Shown here piece by piece: positions 30,825 through 40,911 of a stretch of 64,000 nt of DNA (position 1 is its first letter; every line of letters starts with the position of its first letter). Location of the stretch: positions 1 to 64,000 of the IMG/VR virus record IMGVR_UViG_3300010354_000067; one strand, 5' to 3'. The stretch comes from a virus. The position numbers were made by a program, and so were the translations under genes. The notes beneath the pieces were generated by a model, which ran no database searches, was not told the DNA's origin, and saw nothing but the letters and a program-made list of their open reading frames with translations.

Positions 30825-31019
30825 ATGCTAGTGTGTAAAAGATGCAGCGGAAGAATATTTGTTGACAGCATGTACAATGCTGAAAATCATGTTGAAATAT
30901 TTTGCATAAATTGTGGTTTTAGAAAGTTTTATCACAACTGGCAGCCAGATGATAGGGAGGCGTTATGGTTTCTAGCGGCAGAGAAGATCAGGGCAAAGAG
31001 ATCAATCTCTCCGTTATAA
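30825..31019 (+). CDS. small zinc-ribbon protein
   Basis: CKRC...CINCG. Confidence 0.7.
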   Translation: MLVCKRCSGRIFVDSMYNAENHVEIFCINCGFRKFYHNWQPDDREALWFLAAEKIRAKRSISPL

Positions 31020-31507
31020 AGCGACCCAGACGCAAGGTTTGGTTTTTAAATGGAGATCTTGTTCGTGTAGAGCATACTAGTCGTGCAGCAGGAATCGTAA
31101 CCCTATATAATCTTACTCAGGATAGAAGAGAAACTACCACAGTAATAGATTTTAAAAAGAAAAGGAAGCGTGCTTTTACAGTTAAAGAAACAGCACAACT
31201 GCTGAACTGCCATAGAAAGCATATTCCAAGACTAGTAAAAAGAGGCATCATTCCAGATCCAGTGGGGGAACTTCCAAATGGAGAAAGAGCCTTTCACCAC
31301 TTGTCATATTACTCAGAAGACGTTATAATGGAAGCACGCAAGGCTATGTCTCAAATACACCATGGCGCTGCTCGTAAGGATGGTCTTATTACTAATAACA
31401 AGACTCCTACTGAGCAGGAGTTGCGTTATGCAATGGGAGATGGTATCCTGTTGTATACGAAAACCGAAGACGGTAGATTCGTACCAATTTTCAACGAAAC
31501 CATCTAG
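30965..31507 (+). CDS. DNA-binding protein with MerR/excisionase-like HTH
   Basis: FTVKETAQLLNCHRKHIPRLVKRGIIP; GGGAGG SD. Confidence 0.7.
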   Translation: MVSSGREDQGKEINLSVIKRPRRKVWFLNGDLVRVEHTSRAAGIVTLYNLTQDRRETTTVIDFKKKRKRAFTVKETAQLLNCHRKHIPRLVKRGIIPDPVGELPNGERAFHHLSYYSEDVIMEARKAMSQIHHGAARKDGLITNNKTPTEQELRYAMGDGILLYTKTEDGRFVPIFNETI

Positions 31508-31521
31508 CGAAAGGATCGTAC

Positions 31522-31719
31522 ATGGAACCTACTAAGGTTCAGTGGTCCCTTGGATACACACTCAATACAGGTAATTTTCAGTCACTTAGGCTGGATTGTC
31601 AAGTAAATGATTTTGTGCGCGAGGGAGAATCAACTAAGGATGCATCAGATAGGATCTATGCATTTGTAGAGCAGCAACTAATTGAGAAGTTAAACGAGGC
31701 CAAGGAGGAACTGGCATGA
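31522..31719 (+). CDS. hypothetical phage protein
   Basis: AAGGA SD; LGYTLNTGNFQSLRLD. Confidence 0.75.
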   Translation: MEPTKVQWSLGYTLNTGNFQSLRLDCQVNDFVREGESTKDASDRIYAFVEQQLIEKLNEAKEELA

Positions 31720-31925
31720 AGAAGAATCACGCATATCTAGCATGGGGTGAGTCCCCCTTTGTAGTCTGCTCATGGGGAGAGACACCAGGCAAGGCTCTAA
31801 GGAAGTTGGGTCGCCTAATTGATCAGCAGGTTAAGGAAGACGAAAGTGTAATTGTGCTTAGCACAAATTGTCACTATGATGAGGATGGCGTTTTTAACGC
31901 AAACGCAACTCTGTCAAGGTTTTAG
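31716..31925 (+). CDS. hypothetical protein
   Basis: GGAGG SD; ATGA overlap. Confidence 0.7.
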   Translation: MKKNHAYLAWGESPFVVCSWGETPGKALRKLGRLIDQQVKEDESVIVLSTNCHYDEDGVFNANATLSRF

Positions 31926-31927
31926 TC

Positions 31928-32248
31928 ATGGCTGATCGCAAGGAAAGGTTTGCGATTCTAAGTAGATTTGAAAAGCATTACAAGATGAGCGGCCTGCCAC
32001 CCACAATGATTAACAAGTACAATGAACAGTGGGCGGCAGACGCTCTGATTGAATCGTTTTCTCTAGACGAAATCTATGAGGCTATGGAATACTACTTTCA
32101 AATTAATCCACGCCCGTCGTGGAAGGGATTTGCAAACAATGTAGATCGTCTGCTACAATCCAAGGCAGATAAAGAAGAAGATATGAGGCTGCGTGCTGAG
32201 AGGCGTGCAATGGCAAAGGAGTGGTTGAGTGAGCAATCTAGAGGCTAA
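31928..32248 (+). CDS. hypothetical protein, possible helicase partner
   Basis: Helical 106-aa ORF overlapping the helicase start. Confidence 0.6.
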   Translation: MADRKERFAILSRFEKHYKMSGLPPTMINKYNEQWAADALIESFSLDEIYEAMEYYFQINPRPSWKGFANNVDRLLQSKADKEEDMRLRAERRAMAKEWLSEQSRG

Positions 32249-33443
32249 GACAATTTCTGCTGTACTGAATGATAAGCAGGTACACGTTCTTCTACAGGCA
32301 AACGTAGACACTCTTCTTAGGACACATGGAGATATCTGGGAGTTTGTTCGTGAATATTATGAACAGAATTCAACCGTTCCCCCAGTAGATCTTGTAACCA
32401 AAAAGTTCTCAGACTTTGATTATGACAACGATACTGGTGCAACAAAGTACCATCTTGAAGAGTTACGCTCAGACTATCTCAATGACAGTCTAAAAATGAT
32501 TCTTAGGTCTGCTGCTACAAATATGCAAGAGGGTAGAACTGCGGAGGCATTGGATGGACTTATTGTAGAAACAGCAAATGTCAAGCGCATTACATCGTCA
32601 GTAAGAGATCTAGACGTATCAGATATTGATAGTGCTGTCGCTCACTTTGAGAATATCAGAAAGATGCAGGAGGCAGGAACACATGGAATCTACACAGGAC
32701 TCGCAGGATTTGACAACTATCTACCTGCGGGAATTACGCCAGGTCAGTTGGGCGTCCTTCTGGCTTATCCTGCTATTGGTAAGTCTTGGATGGCTCTTTA
32801 TCTCGCTGTTCAGGCTTGGAAGAATGGCAAGTCGCCGCTCATCGTATCACTGGAAATGACTGAGGCAGAGGTTCGTAATAGAATTTATGCAATCATTGGT
32901 CAGGGTATGTGGAGTCATAGAAAGTTGTCCTCTGGTCAAGTAGAAATTGACATGTTCAAGAAGTGGGCAGAGAAGACTTTTGATGGCAAGCCAAGCATTA
33001 ATATTATCTCTAACGACGGAATTGGTGAGGTGTCTCCTAGTGTTCTCAGAGGAAAGATTGATCAGTATAAGCCTGATATTGTTTTCGTTGATTATCTTAA
33101 TCTAATGACCAGCAATACTCGTACAGAAAGTGAAGTGGTTAAGATGAAGAATCTTAGTCGTGAACTTAAGTTGCTGGCTATTGGAGAGCAGATTCCTATT
33201 GTGGCTATCTCATCTGCCACCCCAGACGATGTTACGGACATGAATAGTGTGCCAACGCTTGGACAGACCTCTTGGTCACGACAGATTGCCTATGATGCTG
33301 ACTGGCTGCTTGCACTAGGTCGTGCCCCAAACAGCGACGTTCTTGAGGCGGTATTTAGAAAGAACCGCAACGGATTCCTTGGAGAATTTATGGTTCAGGT
33401 AGATTTTGATAGTGGTCGTTTTATTTACAAAGATTTTGAGTAA
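32229..33443 (+). CDS. dnaB: DnaB-like replicative helicase
   Basis: Walker A AYPAIGKS, SLEM, VFVDYL, IAYDAD and KNRNG. Confidence 0.92.
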   Translation: MSNLEAKTISAVLNDKQVHVLLQANVDTLLRTHGDIWEFVREYYEQNSTVPPVDLVTKKFSDFDYDNDTGATKYHLEELRSDYLNDSLKMILRSAATNMQEGRTAEALDGLIVETANVKRITSSVRDLDVSDIDSAVAHFENIRKMQEAGTHGIYTGLAGFDNYLPAGITPGQLGVLLAYPAIGKSWMALYLAVQAWKNGKSPLIVSLEMTEAEVRNRIYAIIGQGMWSHRKLSSGQVEIDMFKKWAEKTFDGKPSINIISNDGIGEVSPSVLRGKIDQYKPDIVFVDYLNLMTSNTRTESEVVKMKNLSRELKLLAIGEQIPIVAISSATPDDVTDMNSVPTLGQTSWSRQIAYDADWLLALGRAPNSDVLEAVFRKNRNGFLGEFMVQVDFDSGRFIYKDFE

Positions 33444-33466
33444 CTTGTTGCAAAAATACAAAGTAA

Positions 33467-33475
33467 TGGTACAAT
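33467..33475 (+). promoter_or_regulatory. extended -10 promoter, leaderless
   Basis: TGGTACAAT ends 6 nt before ATG 33482. Confidence 0.65.
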
Positions 33476-33481
33476 GATATT

Positions 33482-33760
33482 ATGACTACACATAATCTAG
33501 TTACACTAAGCAGCACAGAAGATACACTTCTTTCTCCAAACGGGGTACATTCTGGAGTAAATATTTCAATTCAGAATGTAAACGCATCTGGATACATCTA
33601 TCTTGGCGGAGAGGGAGTAACAACGTCAGACTATGGATTTAGGCTTGCTGTAGGCAACGCTATTTCTTTTGAACTTGATGCACTTGATTCTATCTATGCA
33701 GTATCTCAAACTAACGGACTGTATGCTGCTGTTATTATTACAACTTTGGCTGAATTATAA
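33482..33760 (+). CDS. small beta-sandwich virion/decoration-like protein
   Basis: ISIQN....IYLGG..VT...YGFRL..G pattern. Confidence 0.5.
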   Translation: MTTHNLVTLSSTEDTLLSPNGVHSGVNISIQNVNASGYIYLGGEGVTTSDYGFRLAVGNAISFELDALDSIYAVSQTNGLYAAVIITTLAEL

Positions 33761-34281
33761 TGATTAGATTTGATAATCCACAGGCTGGCAATACGCTACT
33801 GCCCTCCACTTTTGGGGCATACTATGGAGCATTCTATAGTAGCGTGGATCAATCATTGGCAGCCAATACAGCGGGGGCAATGAAATTTGAAAACACTCAA
33901 CTATCAAATGGTATTTCAATTACTAATAATGCTCTAGGATTTCCAACAAGAATTACATTTGATAATATAGGAATATATAATATTGCTTTTTCTGCACAGT
34001 TGCATAATACTGGTGGAGGAGGCTCTGGAACAATTGTAGATATTTGGTTAAAGCATAATGATCAGACAGAGCCAGATACAAATACTAGAACTACTGTAAA
34101 TACAAATAGCCCATATATTGTTGCGGCTTGGAACTTTTTTGTAGAAGTAGATACTTTGCCACAGTGGTTTGAAATCTTCTGGCAGACAGAAAATGCTAAT
34201 ATTCGTCTAGAACAACTAGGGGCTAGTGGTAATATGCCAGCAACGCCATCTATTATTCTAACAGCAAATCAAGTTGGATAA
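33760..34281 (+). CDS. C1q/BclA-CTD-like beta-sandwich protein (fibre-tip-like)
   Basis: YGAFYS...MKFENT..SNGI...GIYNIAFSAQL...VDIWL pattern. Confidence 0.5.
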   Translation: MIRFDNPQAGNTLLPSTFGAYYGAFYSSVDQSLAANTAGAMKFENTQLSNGISITNNALGFPTRITFDNIGIYNIAFSAQLHNTGGGGSGTIVDIWLKHNDQTEPDTNTRTTVNTNSPYIVAAWNFFVEVDTLPQWFEIFWQTENANIRLEQLGASGNMPATPSIILTANQVG

Positions 34282-34284
34282 TAC

Positions 34285-34293
34285 TGATATAAT
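34285..34293 (+). promoter_or_regulatory. extended -10 promoter, leaderless
   Basis: TGATATAAT ends 6 nt before ATG 34300. Confidence 0.7.
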
Positions 34294-34299
34294 TTATGC

Positions 34300-34638
34300 A
34301 TGAACAACTTCATACATAAATCAATCAAACGTTTTTATTTAGACGGACAGATTCATGATGATGCGTTCATACCTCGCTTGCGCGAAGAATACATAAAAAT
34401 ATTAGAAACACAAATGAAGTTACAGGGCTATGCCCCACGACTTGACATTGACCCAGATTTTACAATAGAATATACAGGAAAATACTACGAATTTAAATTA
34501 TCAGTTTACGGTACTTTTGTAGGGAAAAGGAATGCAGAATGTCTAAGAGGAATCGACAAGAACAAACCAATATTTATACCCCAGAACAAGTTAGGCGAGT
34601 CGTCCTTGGATCAGGAATACAGATCGAATCAGAAGTAG
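34300..34638 (+). CDS. hypothetical protein
   Basis: 112-aa ORF with its own promoter; overlaps primase by 100 nt. Confidence 0.7.
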   Translation: MNNFIHKSIKRFYLDGQIHDDAFIPRLREEYIKILETQMKLQGYAPRLDIDPDFTIEYTGKYYEFKLSVYGTFVGKRNAECLRGIDKNKPIFIPQNKLGESSLDQEYRSNQK

Positions 34639-35483
34639 ACTCTGACTATATTGTATTCTGCCCATTTCACAATAACTATCGTACTCCAGCAGGAGAGGTT
34701 TCAAAAGAAAGAGGAACCTTCTTTTGTTTTTCCTGTCAAACCTCAAAGTCTCTTGTTGAATTCGTAATGTTTGTAACGAGAAAGTCATACTTTGAGAGCA
34801 TCAGGCTCATTGAGTCTTTTGAAACAGAGTCAAATATCCTTGACATTATTGATAATACCCTAGTAAAAACTAATGACTTTAAGCCGTTTGATGAACTTCT
34901 TATTAGAAGGTTGCATCAGCAAGCGCTTGATTCCCCTAGGGCTATGCGGTACTTTGAGGGACGTAGGATATCGGAAAATTCAATTAAGACATATCTATTG
35001 GGATATTCAAATAATCAAGATATGGTAATTGTCCCAATGTATGATCCAAGCGGGAAAATCTGTGTTGGCTTTGTTGCAAGGTCTGTAGAGGGTAAAGAGT
35101 TCAAGAATACCCCAGGACTTCCAAAATCTAAGATTCTTTTTAATCTTAGTCGTGCAAAGCAATATAATTCTGTCTATGTTGTAGAATCATCCTTTGATGC
35201 AATTAGGCTCAATCAAAATGGTGTAGCCGCTGTTGCTACACTAGGAGCAAATGTATCAAGAAATCAGACCGACCTCTTGACAAAATACTTCAATGATGTT
35301 ATAGTTGTCGGAGACAATGATGATGCTGGAAAAGAGATGCAGGGCAAGATCCTAGATCGCTTAGGCAATCGTGCTACACTTATCGGTATTCCAAGCAGAT
35401 TCAAGGATATCGGAGATATGTCAGATTCTGATATCCAAGAGTTAGTAAAAAGAATAAAAGATCCACTATTAAACTACATTTAG
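34539..35483 (+). CDS. dnaG: DNA primase (CHC2 zinc finger + TOPRIM)
   Basis: CPFH...CFSC; VVES.FD; GDNDDAG; KDIGD. Confidence 0.92.
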   Translation: MSKRNRQEQTNIYTPEQVRRVVLGSGIQIESEVDSDYIVFCPFHNNYRTPAGEVSKERGTFFCFSCQTSKSLVEFVMFVTRKSYFESIRLIESFETESNILDIIDNTLVKTNDFKPFDELLIRRLHQQALDSPRAMRYFEGRRISENSIKTYLLGYSNNQDMVIVPMYDPSGKICVGFVARSVEGKEFKNTPGLPKSKILFNLSRAKQYNSVYVVESSFDAIRLNQNGVAAVATLGANVSRNQTDLLTKYFNDVIVVGDNDDAGKEMQGKILDRLGNRATLIGIPSRFKDIGDMSDSDIQELVKRIKDPLLNYI

Positions 35484-35491
35484 GAGATATC

Positions 35492-36172
35492 ATGGGAATT
35501 ATGAAGGGACTAAAGGCCATGGAACAGGCCATTGACAAGCCCCGTGCAACAGATAACAGCGGAGGCATGAAGGTTCGCTGGGTTAAGATTGACGATGGTC
35601 AGTCAGCAAAGGTTCGTTTTGTAAATGAACTTGACTCTGATTCACCAAACTATAGCGAGGATCGTGACCTTGCTATCGTTGTTTCAGAGCATACAAATCC
35701 AAAGGATTACAAGCGTAAGGCTGTTTGTACAATGGATAGCGAGGGACGTTGCTACGGATGTGAGATGGCTCGCAAGGAAACAATGGAAGATCGCAAGCGC
35801 GGTGGATCGTGGCGACCACGACTGCGCTTCTACACCAACCTTTTGGTTGATGACGGCATTGAAGAGCCATACGTTGCAGTATGGTCACAGGGTGTAGGCA
35901 AGCAGTCTGCATTCAATAACATTCGTGAGTACGCCTTGGAGACTGGAAGCATCAGTAACCTTGCGTGGAAGTTGAAGCGTCAGGGCACAGGCACTGATAC
36001 AACGTATGTTCTTCTTCCAAGTGCTCCCGATAAGGAGCCATTTGAGTGGAATGGTGTTGAGCCATTCAATCTTGAGAAGGTAGTTCGTGAACTGCCATAT
36101 GCAGAGCAGGAGTCATTCTACCTTGGCTTTGATGGTCCAGTAGGTTCTACCACATCAAATATTGATTGGTAA
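35492..36172 (+). CDS. single-stranded DNA-binding protein (gp32-like, Zn-binding)
   Basis: KVRF, H..C..C..C ligands, KRQGTGTDTTY and an acidic-aromatic C-terminus (NIDW); between primase and polymerase. Confidence 0.7.
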   Translation: MGIMKGLKAMEQAIDKPRATDNSGGMKVRWVKIDDGQSAKVRFVNELDSDSPNYSEDRDLAIVVSEHTNPKDYKRKAVCTMDSEGRCYGCEMARKETMEDRKRGGSWRPRLRFYTNLLVDDGIEEPYVAVWSQGVGKQSAFNNIREYALETGSISNLAWKLKRQGTGTDTTYVLLPSAPDKEPFEWNGVEPFNLEKVVRELPYAEQESFYLGFDGPVGSTTSNIDW

Positions 36173-36179
36173 TTAGACT

Positions 36180-36290
36180 GGTGGGGGAGGGTACGCGATT
36201 CGTGTATGGTATTTCGTGTAATAACTTAGGATGGTTGTAGTTAGTCGGCTGAGTTACGGTTGAGATTCCTACAGAAGTCCCTCCCCCACC
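36180..36290 (+). ncRNA. unclassified structured element between ssb and dnaE
   Basis: Perfect 12-bp closing stem GGTGGGGGAGGG / CCCTCCCCCACC with internal hairpins. Confidence 0.55.
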
Positions 36291-36305
36291 TTATTAGAAA
36301 GGATT

Positions 36306-39300
36306 ATGTTGTATACCCCTCTTCATGTACATACACACTTTAGCCAGATGGACGGCGTAGCAACTCCAGAAGAGTATGTTGCACGAGCAGCAGAGGTTGG
36401 AATGTCTGCCATTGCAATTACAGATCATGGAACGCTATCAGGTCATCGCCCAATGTATCGTGCAGCAAAGTCTGCTGGCATTAAGCCAATTCTTGGAATT
36501 GAAGGCTACATCACAGCAGATAGGCACGACAAGAGAGATAAGTCAGAGAGAACTACTCCGCTTGACCTTGTTTATAATCATATTGTTATTCTTGCTAAGA
36601 ACGATCAAGGCCTAGAGAATCTAGGAAAACTTAATGAGATTTCGTGGAATGAGGGGTATTACCGTAAGCCAAGAATAGACTTTGAGGTCTTGGATAAGTA
36701 TGGCGACGGACTCATTATTACATCAGCCTGTATGTCTGGCCTTATTAACAAGGCTATTGAGGCTGGAGAATTTGCTGTAGCAAAGCAGCATCTGAAGTGG
36801 TTTGGGGACCGCTTTGGGGAAGACTTTTATGTTGAGGTAATGCCTCATAATCCTCCTGAAATTAATCAAGCACTAGTACAACTTGCTGATGCTGGAGGGT
36901 ATAAGTTAGTGGTTACTCCAGACTGTCACCATGCAACTCTTGATCAGAAAGAGATTCAGGAGATGATGCTTATTCTTAATACTCATGCCAAACTTGAGAA
37001 GGATATCTCCTTTGAGAAGTCAAGGAAGCATGAGAATATGATGGAGAGACTGGACTATCTCTATGGTAAGGATAGAATGATGAGTTTCAATAAGTTTGAC
37101 ATTCATCTTCTTTCACCAGAAGAGATGGTAGAGGCGATGAATAATAACGGAGGGTTCCGCGATGATATGTTTTCTAATACGCTTGAGATTGCAGACAAGG
37201 TTGAGGATTATACAATTAGTCGCAATCTCAACCTGCTTCCTGTCGAATACCGCGACCCTGATTCAGAAATCAGGAAGGAATGCTTGGAGTTTCTTAGTGC
37301 AAATGGTCTAGAGTCAGAGGACTATATTGCTAGACTTGATGAAGAGTTAGGCGTAATCAAGGATAAGAACTTTGCGTCTTACTTTATTGTTGTAAGGAAC
37401 ATGCTCACTTGGGCAAAGAAGAATGGGATCATGGTAGGCCCAGGCCGTGGATCTAGCGCTGGCTCTCTAGTATGTTACGCCCTTGGAATCACAGACATTG
37501 ATCCCATTAAGCATGGGCTTCTCTTCTTCCGATTTATCGATCCAGAGCGTGATGACTTCCCAGACGTTGATTCTGATATTCAGGACAGCCGTCGTGAAGA
37601 GGTAAAGGATTATCTAGAAAGGCAATATCGACATGTTGCATCAATCGCTACCTTCCTTCAGTTCAAGGATAAGGGGGTCGTCAGAGATGTTTCTCGTTGT
37701 CTCAACATTCCACTGTCTGATGTTAACCGTGCGCTTAAGGCAGTTGATACTTGGGAGGAATATATAACCTCAAAGAATACCTCATGGTTTAGGGAGAAGT
37801 ATCCAGAAGTTGAGGTATATGGAGATAAGTTGCGCGGAAGAATTCGTGGAACAGGAATTCACGCAGCAGGAGTTGTTACTTCTAAGATTCCTATCTCTAA
37901 GGTTGCTCCAATGGAGACTCGCTCAGTTACAGGATCAGAGGGACGTATTCCTGTCGTTGCAGTAGACATGGAAGAGGCAGCAGATATTGGCCTGATTAAG
38001 ATTGACGCACTTGGCCTTAAGACTCTAACAGTAATTAATGATTGTCTCTCTATTATTGAAGAGAGAACTGGAAAGCGACCAGATCTCCATAAGATTAATA
38101 TGGAAGACAAGAACATCTATACAATGCTCTCAGATGGTCACACCAAGGGAGTATTCCAGTGTGAAGCAACTCCGTATACCAACCTTCTCGTAAAGATGGG
38201 TGTGCATAAGTTTGATGAACTAGTAGCCTCAAATGCTCTAGTACGCCCAGGCGCAATGAATACTATTGGTAAGGACTACATTGCTCGCAAGCAGGGAAAG
38301 CAGGGGATCGTCTATCCTAGCCCTATTATGAAGGAGTTTACAGAGGATACTTACGGTACAATTCTATATCAAGAGCAAGTTATGCTTGCTTGCGTGAAAC
38401 TTGGTGGCATGACCATGGGTGAGGCTAACAAGGTTCGCAAGATTATTGGTAAGAAGAAGGATGCCCGTGAGTTTGACCAGTTCAAAGAGTTATTCGTTCG
38501 GAATGCTACTGGGCCGCTTGGCGGGTCGGCTGCTGAGAAGATGTGGCATGATTTTGAAGCCCACGCAGGGTACTCGTTCAATAAGTCTCATGCGGTCGCT
38601 TACTCAACTGTGTCGTACTGGACGGCATGGCTAAAGCATTATCATCCACTAGAGTTTATGTTTGCCCTTCTCAAGAATGAGAAGGATAAGGATGCTCGTA
38701 CAGAATATATGATTGAGGCAAAGCGTATGGGCATACCTATGCGTCTGCCACACATCAATGATTCAGATATTGACTTCAAGATTGAGGGGAAGGGTATTCG
38801 CTTTGGGCTGGCTAGCATTAAGTTTATTTCTGATAAGATCGCTGAGCGATATATTGCTGCACGGCCCTTCAGAAGTTATAAGGATGTTCAAGAATTTACA
38901 TTCACTAAGGGTAATGGAGTAAATTCTCGTGCCCTTGAATCAATGAACAAGGTAGGCGCTCTGACATTTCCAGACAACCCAGCGAATCAGGAAACTATTC
39001 GTGAGAATATGTACGAGTATTTAAATCTACCAGAGTTTAATTTGCAAATCCCCCAGCACTATCATGCTTACATTACTACTGCTGATGAGTTTGATGAAAA
39101 GGGAGCGTTTATTATGATGGGCGTTGTCCGTGGAATCAAGCGCGGTAAGGGATGGAGCAGAGTAGAACTACTAGACAGCACAGGAAGCGTAGGTATTTTT
39201 GATGATGAGGAAACATCCATCGAAGCAGGTCGCACTTATATTATTCTTGTTGGATCTAACAGAGTCGTGGAAGCGGTTCCTATTGATGAGATACGAGAAA

Positions 39301-39575
39301 GTAACAGCCCGTTGGTACGGTTCCTAAACTATAAGCAGTTGCCGTATGGACAGGATGAGTATTTTGTGCTATCCTTTAAGCCTCGCATTACTAAGGCTGG
39401 AAAGCGAATGGCAAGCCTTGTAGTTGCTGACAGCGGAAGGGAACTTATGAGCATGATTGTTTTTCCCTCAACCTTTGCAATGGCATATACCAGAATCGAA
39501 GAGGGCAATGCATACAAGATCAACTATAGTCTTTCAAAAGATGAAGATTTAGTATTTCAGGAGGTAGTAGCATGA
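36306..39575 (+). CDS. dnaE: DNA polymerase III alpha subunit (family C)
   Basis: PHP motifs HVHTHFS..DG, TDHG and DCH; GPGRGSSAGSL; PDVDSD; KIDALGL; YSFNKSHA; no intein seen. Confidence 0.96.
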   Translation: MLYTPLHVHTHFSQMDGVATPEEYVARAAEVGMSAIAITDHGTLSGHRPMYRAAKSAGIKPILGIEGYITADRHDKRDKSERTTPLDLVYNHIVILAKNDQGLENLGKLNEISWNEGYYRKPRIDFEVLDKYGDGLIITSACMSGLINKAIEAGEFAVAKQHLKWFGDRFGEDFYVEVMPHNPPEINQALVQLADAGGYKLVVTPDCHHATLDQKEIQEMMLILNTHAKLEKDISFEKSRKHENMMERLDYLYGKDRMMSFNKFDIHLLSPEEMVEAMNNNGGFRDDMFSNTLEIADKVEDYTISRNLNLLPVEYRDPDSEIRKECLEFLSANGLESEDYIARLDEELGVIKDKNFASYFIVVRNMLTWAKKNGIMVGPGRGSSAGSLVCYALGITDIDPIKHGLLFFRFIDPERDDFPDVDSDIQDSRREEVKDYLERQYRHVASIATFLQFKDKGVVRDVSRCLNIPLSDVNRALKAVDTWEEYITSKNTSWFREKYPEVEVYGDKLRGRIRGTGIHAAGVVTSKIPISKVAPMETRSVTGSEGRIPVVAVDMEEAADIGLIKIDALGLKTLTVINDCLSIIEERTGKRPDLHKINMEDKNIYTMLSDGHTKGVFQCEATPYTNLLVKMGVHKFDELVASNALVRPGAMNTIGKDYIARKQGKQGIVYPSPIMKEFTEDTYGTILYQEQVMLACVKLGGMTMGEANKVRKIIGKKKDAREFDQFKELFVRNATGPLGGSAAEKMWHDFEAHAGYSFNKSHAVAYSTVSYWTAWLKHYHPLEFMFALLKNEKDKDARTEYMIEAKRMGIPMRLPHINDSDIDFKIEGKGIRFGLASIKFISDKIAERYIAARPFRSYKDVQEFTFTKGNGVNSRALESMNKVGALTFPDNPANQETIRENMYEYLNLPEFNLQIPQHYHAYITTADEFDEKGAFIMMGVVRGIKRGKGWSRVELLDSTGSVGIFDDEETSIEAGRTYIILVGSNRVVEAVPIDEIRESNSPLVRFLNYKQLPYGQDEYFVLSFKPRITKAGKRMASLVVADSGRELMSMIVFPSTFAMAYTRIEEGNAYKINYSLSKDEDLVFQEVVA

Positions 39576-39904
39576 TTGATCTAGACGAACTTGCATTTGA
39601 TCTACACGCAAATGCAGTTAACAAGGGCTTTTGGGAGCCTAACACAGAAGACAACCACATTGTCTTTTATCTCAAGCAACTTGCCATGGTGCATTCTGAG
39701 GTAAGTGAAGTGCTTGAGGCAATTCGTAAGGAGAAGGGACAAGACAAGGTTGTTGAGGAGTTTGCTGATATTCTTATTCGCGTTCTTGATCTTTATGCAG
39801 GCATGTTCCGTGATGGAGCGGTAACAGATTCACTACAGGCAGTTCTTCTTGCCAAGGCCCACACAAATACTCAACGACCAAAGATGCATGGGGTATTGGC
39901 GTGA
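39572..39904 (+). CDS. MazG-like NTP pyrophosphohydrolase
   Basis: SEVSEVLEA...EEFADILIRVLD. Confidence 0.85.
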   Translation: MIDLDELAFDLHANAVNKGFWEPNTEDNHIVFYLKQLAMVHSEVSEVLEAIRKEKGQDKVVEEFADILIRVLDLYAGMFRDGAVTDSLQAVLLAKAHTNTQRPKMHGVLA

Positions 39905-40911
39905 GCAATGTCGAAGAGGTTCTTGCTAATCTTAATCCAAAGTTACGACAAAAGATTGGACTTGGCTCTGAGGTAGAACAGATTCAGTTTGCTAGTACAC
40001 CTAGTTTTGGACTAAACCGTGCTCTTAATGGCGGTCTTCCCTATGGTCGTCAGGTATTGGTTTGGGGCAATAAGTCAAGTGGTAAGTCATCATTCCTCTT
40101 GCAAACAGTTGCAGAGGCTCAAAAGGAGGGCAAGGTATGTGCTTGGATCGATGCAGAAATGACGTTCTCCCCAGAGTGGGCGGCACAGTTAGGCGTAGAC
40201 ACAAGCAGCCTTATTGTTTCTACCGCCCGTACAGTCAACGATATGGTGGATGTTGGTACGGATCTTATGCAGGCGGGTGCTGACATTATTGTTGTAGATT
40301 CTATCTCAGCCTTGCTGCCAGCAATTTACTTTGAGAAGGACAGCACAGACCTGAAGCAACTAGAAAATACAAAGCAGATTGGTGCAGAGGCTAGAGATAT
40401 GACCAATGCTGTCAAGATGCTCAACTATGCTAATAACCAAGACAAGCCAACACTACTTATTCTTATTAGTCAGGCTCGTAATAATATTGGAGCAATGTAT
40501 GCAACTCAGCAGCCCACAGGCGGCATGGCAGTTAAGTTCTATTCGTCTACTATCATCAAGTTGTTCTCTTCTGAGTCTGACAATCAGGCTATCAAGGGGA
40601 AGATCTATGTTGGTGATAAGATCATTGAAGAGAAGGTTGGAAGAAAGGTTCGTTGGGAAGTTCAGTTTTCAAAGACGAGTCCAGCATTCCAGTCAGGGGA
40701 GTATGACTTTTATTTCCGTGGAGCCGATTTGGGAGTTGACTCAATCGCAGACCTTGTTGATACGGCAGAAATGCTTGGAATTATTGAACGAGGTGGCGCA
40801 TGGTATACCTGTGAAGGAGAGAGATTCCAAGGAAGAGAGAAACTAGTTCTTGGGGTCAAGGAGAATCTTGATATGCAGGAATCACTTATTAAGAGGATAA
40901 AGAGTGTCTAG
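39901..40911 (+). CDS. recA: RecA/UvsX-like recombinase
   Basis: GGLPYGR, GNKSSGKS, WIDAE, VVDSI, GG.AVKFYSS and GAWY. Confidence 0.93.
   Translation: MSNVEEVLANLNPKLRQKIGLGSEVEQIQFASTPSFGLNRALNGGLPYGRQVLVWGNKSSGKSSFLLQTVAEAQKEGKVCAWIDAEMTFSPEWAAQLGVDTSSLIVSTARTVNDMVDVGTDLMQAGADIIVVDSISALLPAIYFEKDSTDLKQLENTKQIGAEARDMTNAVKMLNYANNQDKPTLLILISQARNNIGAMYATQQPTGGMAVKFYSSTIIKLFSSESDNQAIKGKIYVGDKIIEEKVGRKVRWEVQFSKTSPAFQSGEYDFYFRGADLGVDSIADLVDTAEMLGIIERGGAWYTCEGERFQGREKLVLGVKENLDMQESLIKRIKSV

Noticed and set aside
36180-36290. SRP RNA, tmRNA or retron msr-msd
   Set aside because: The ends resemble 4.5S RNA but the conserved domain IV core is missing; too short for tmRNA and no T-loop; no reverse transcriptase in the window
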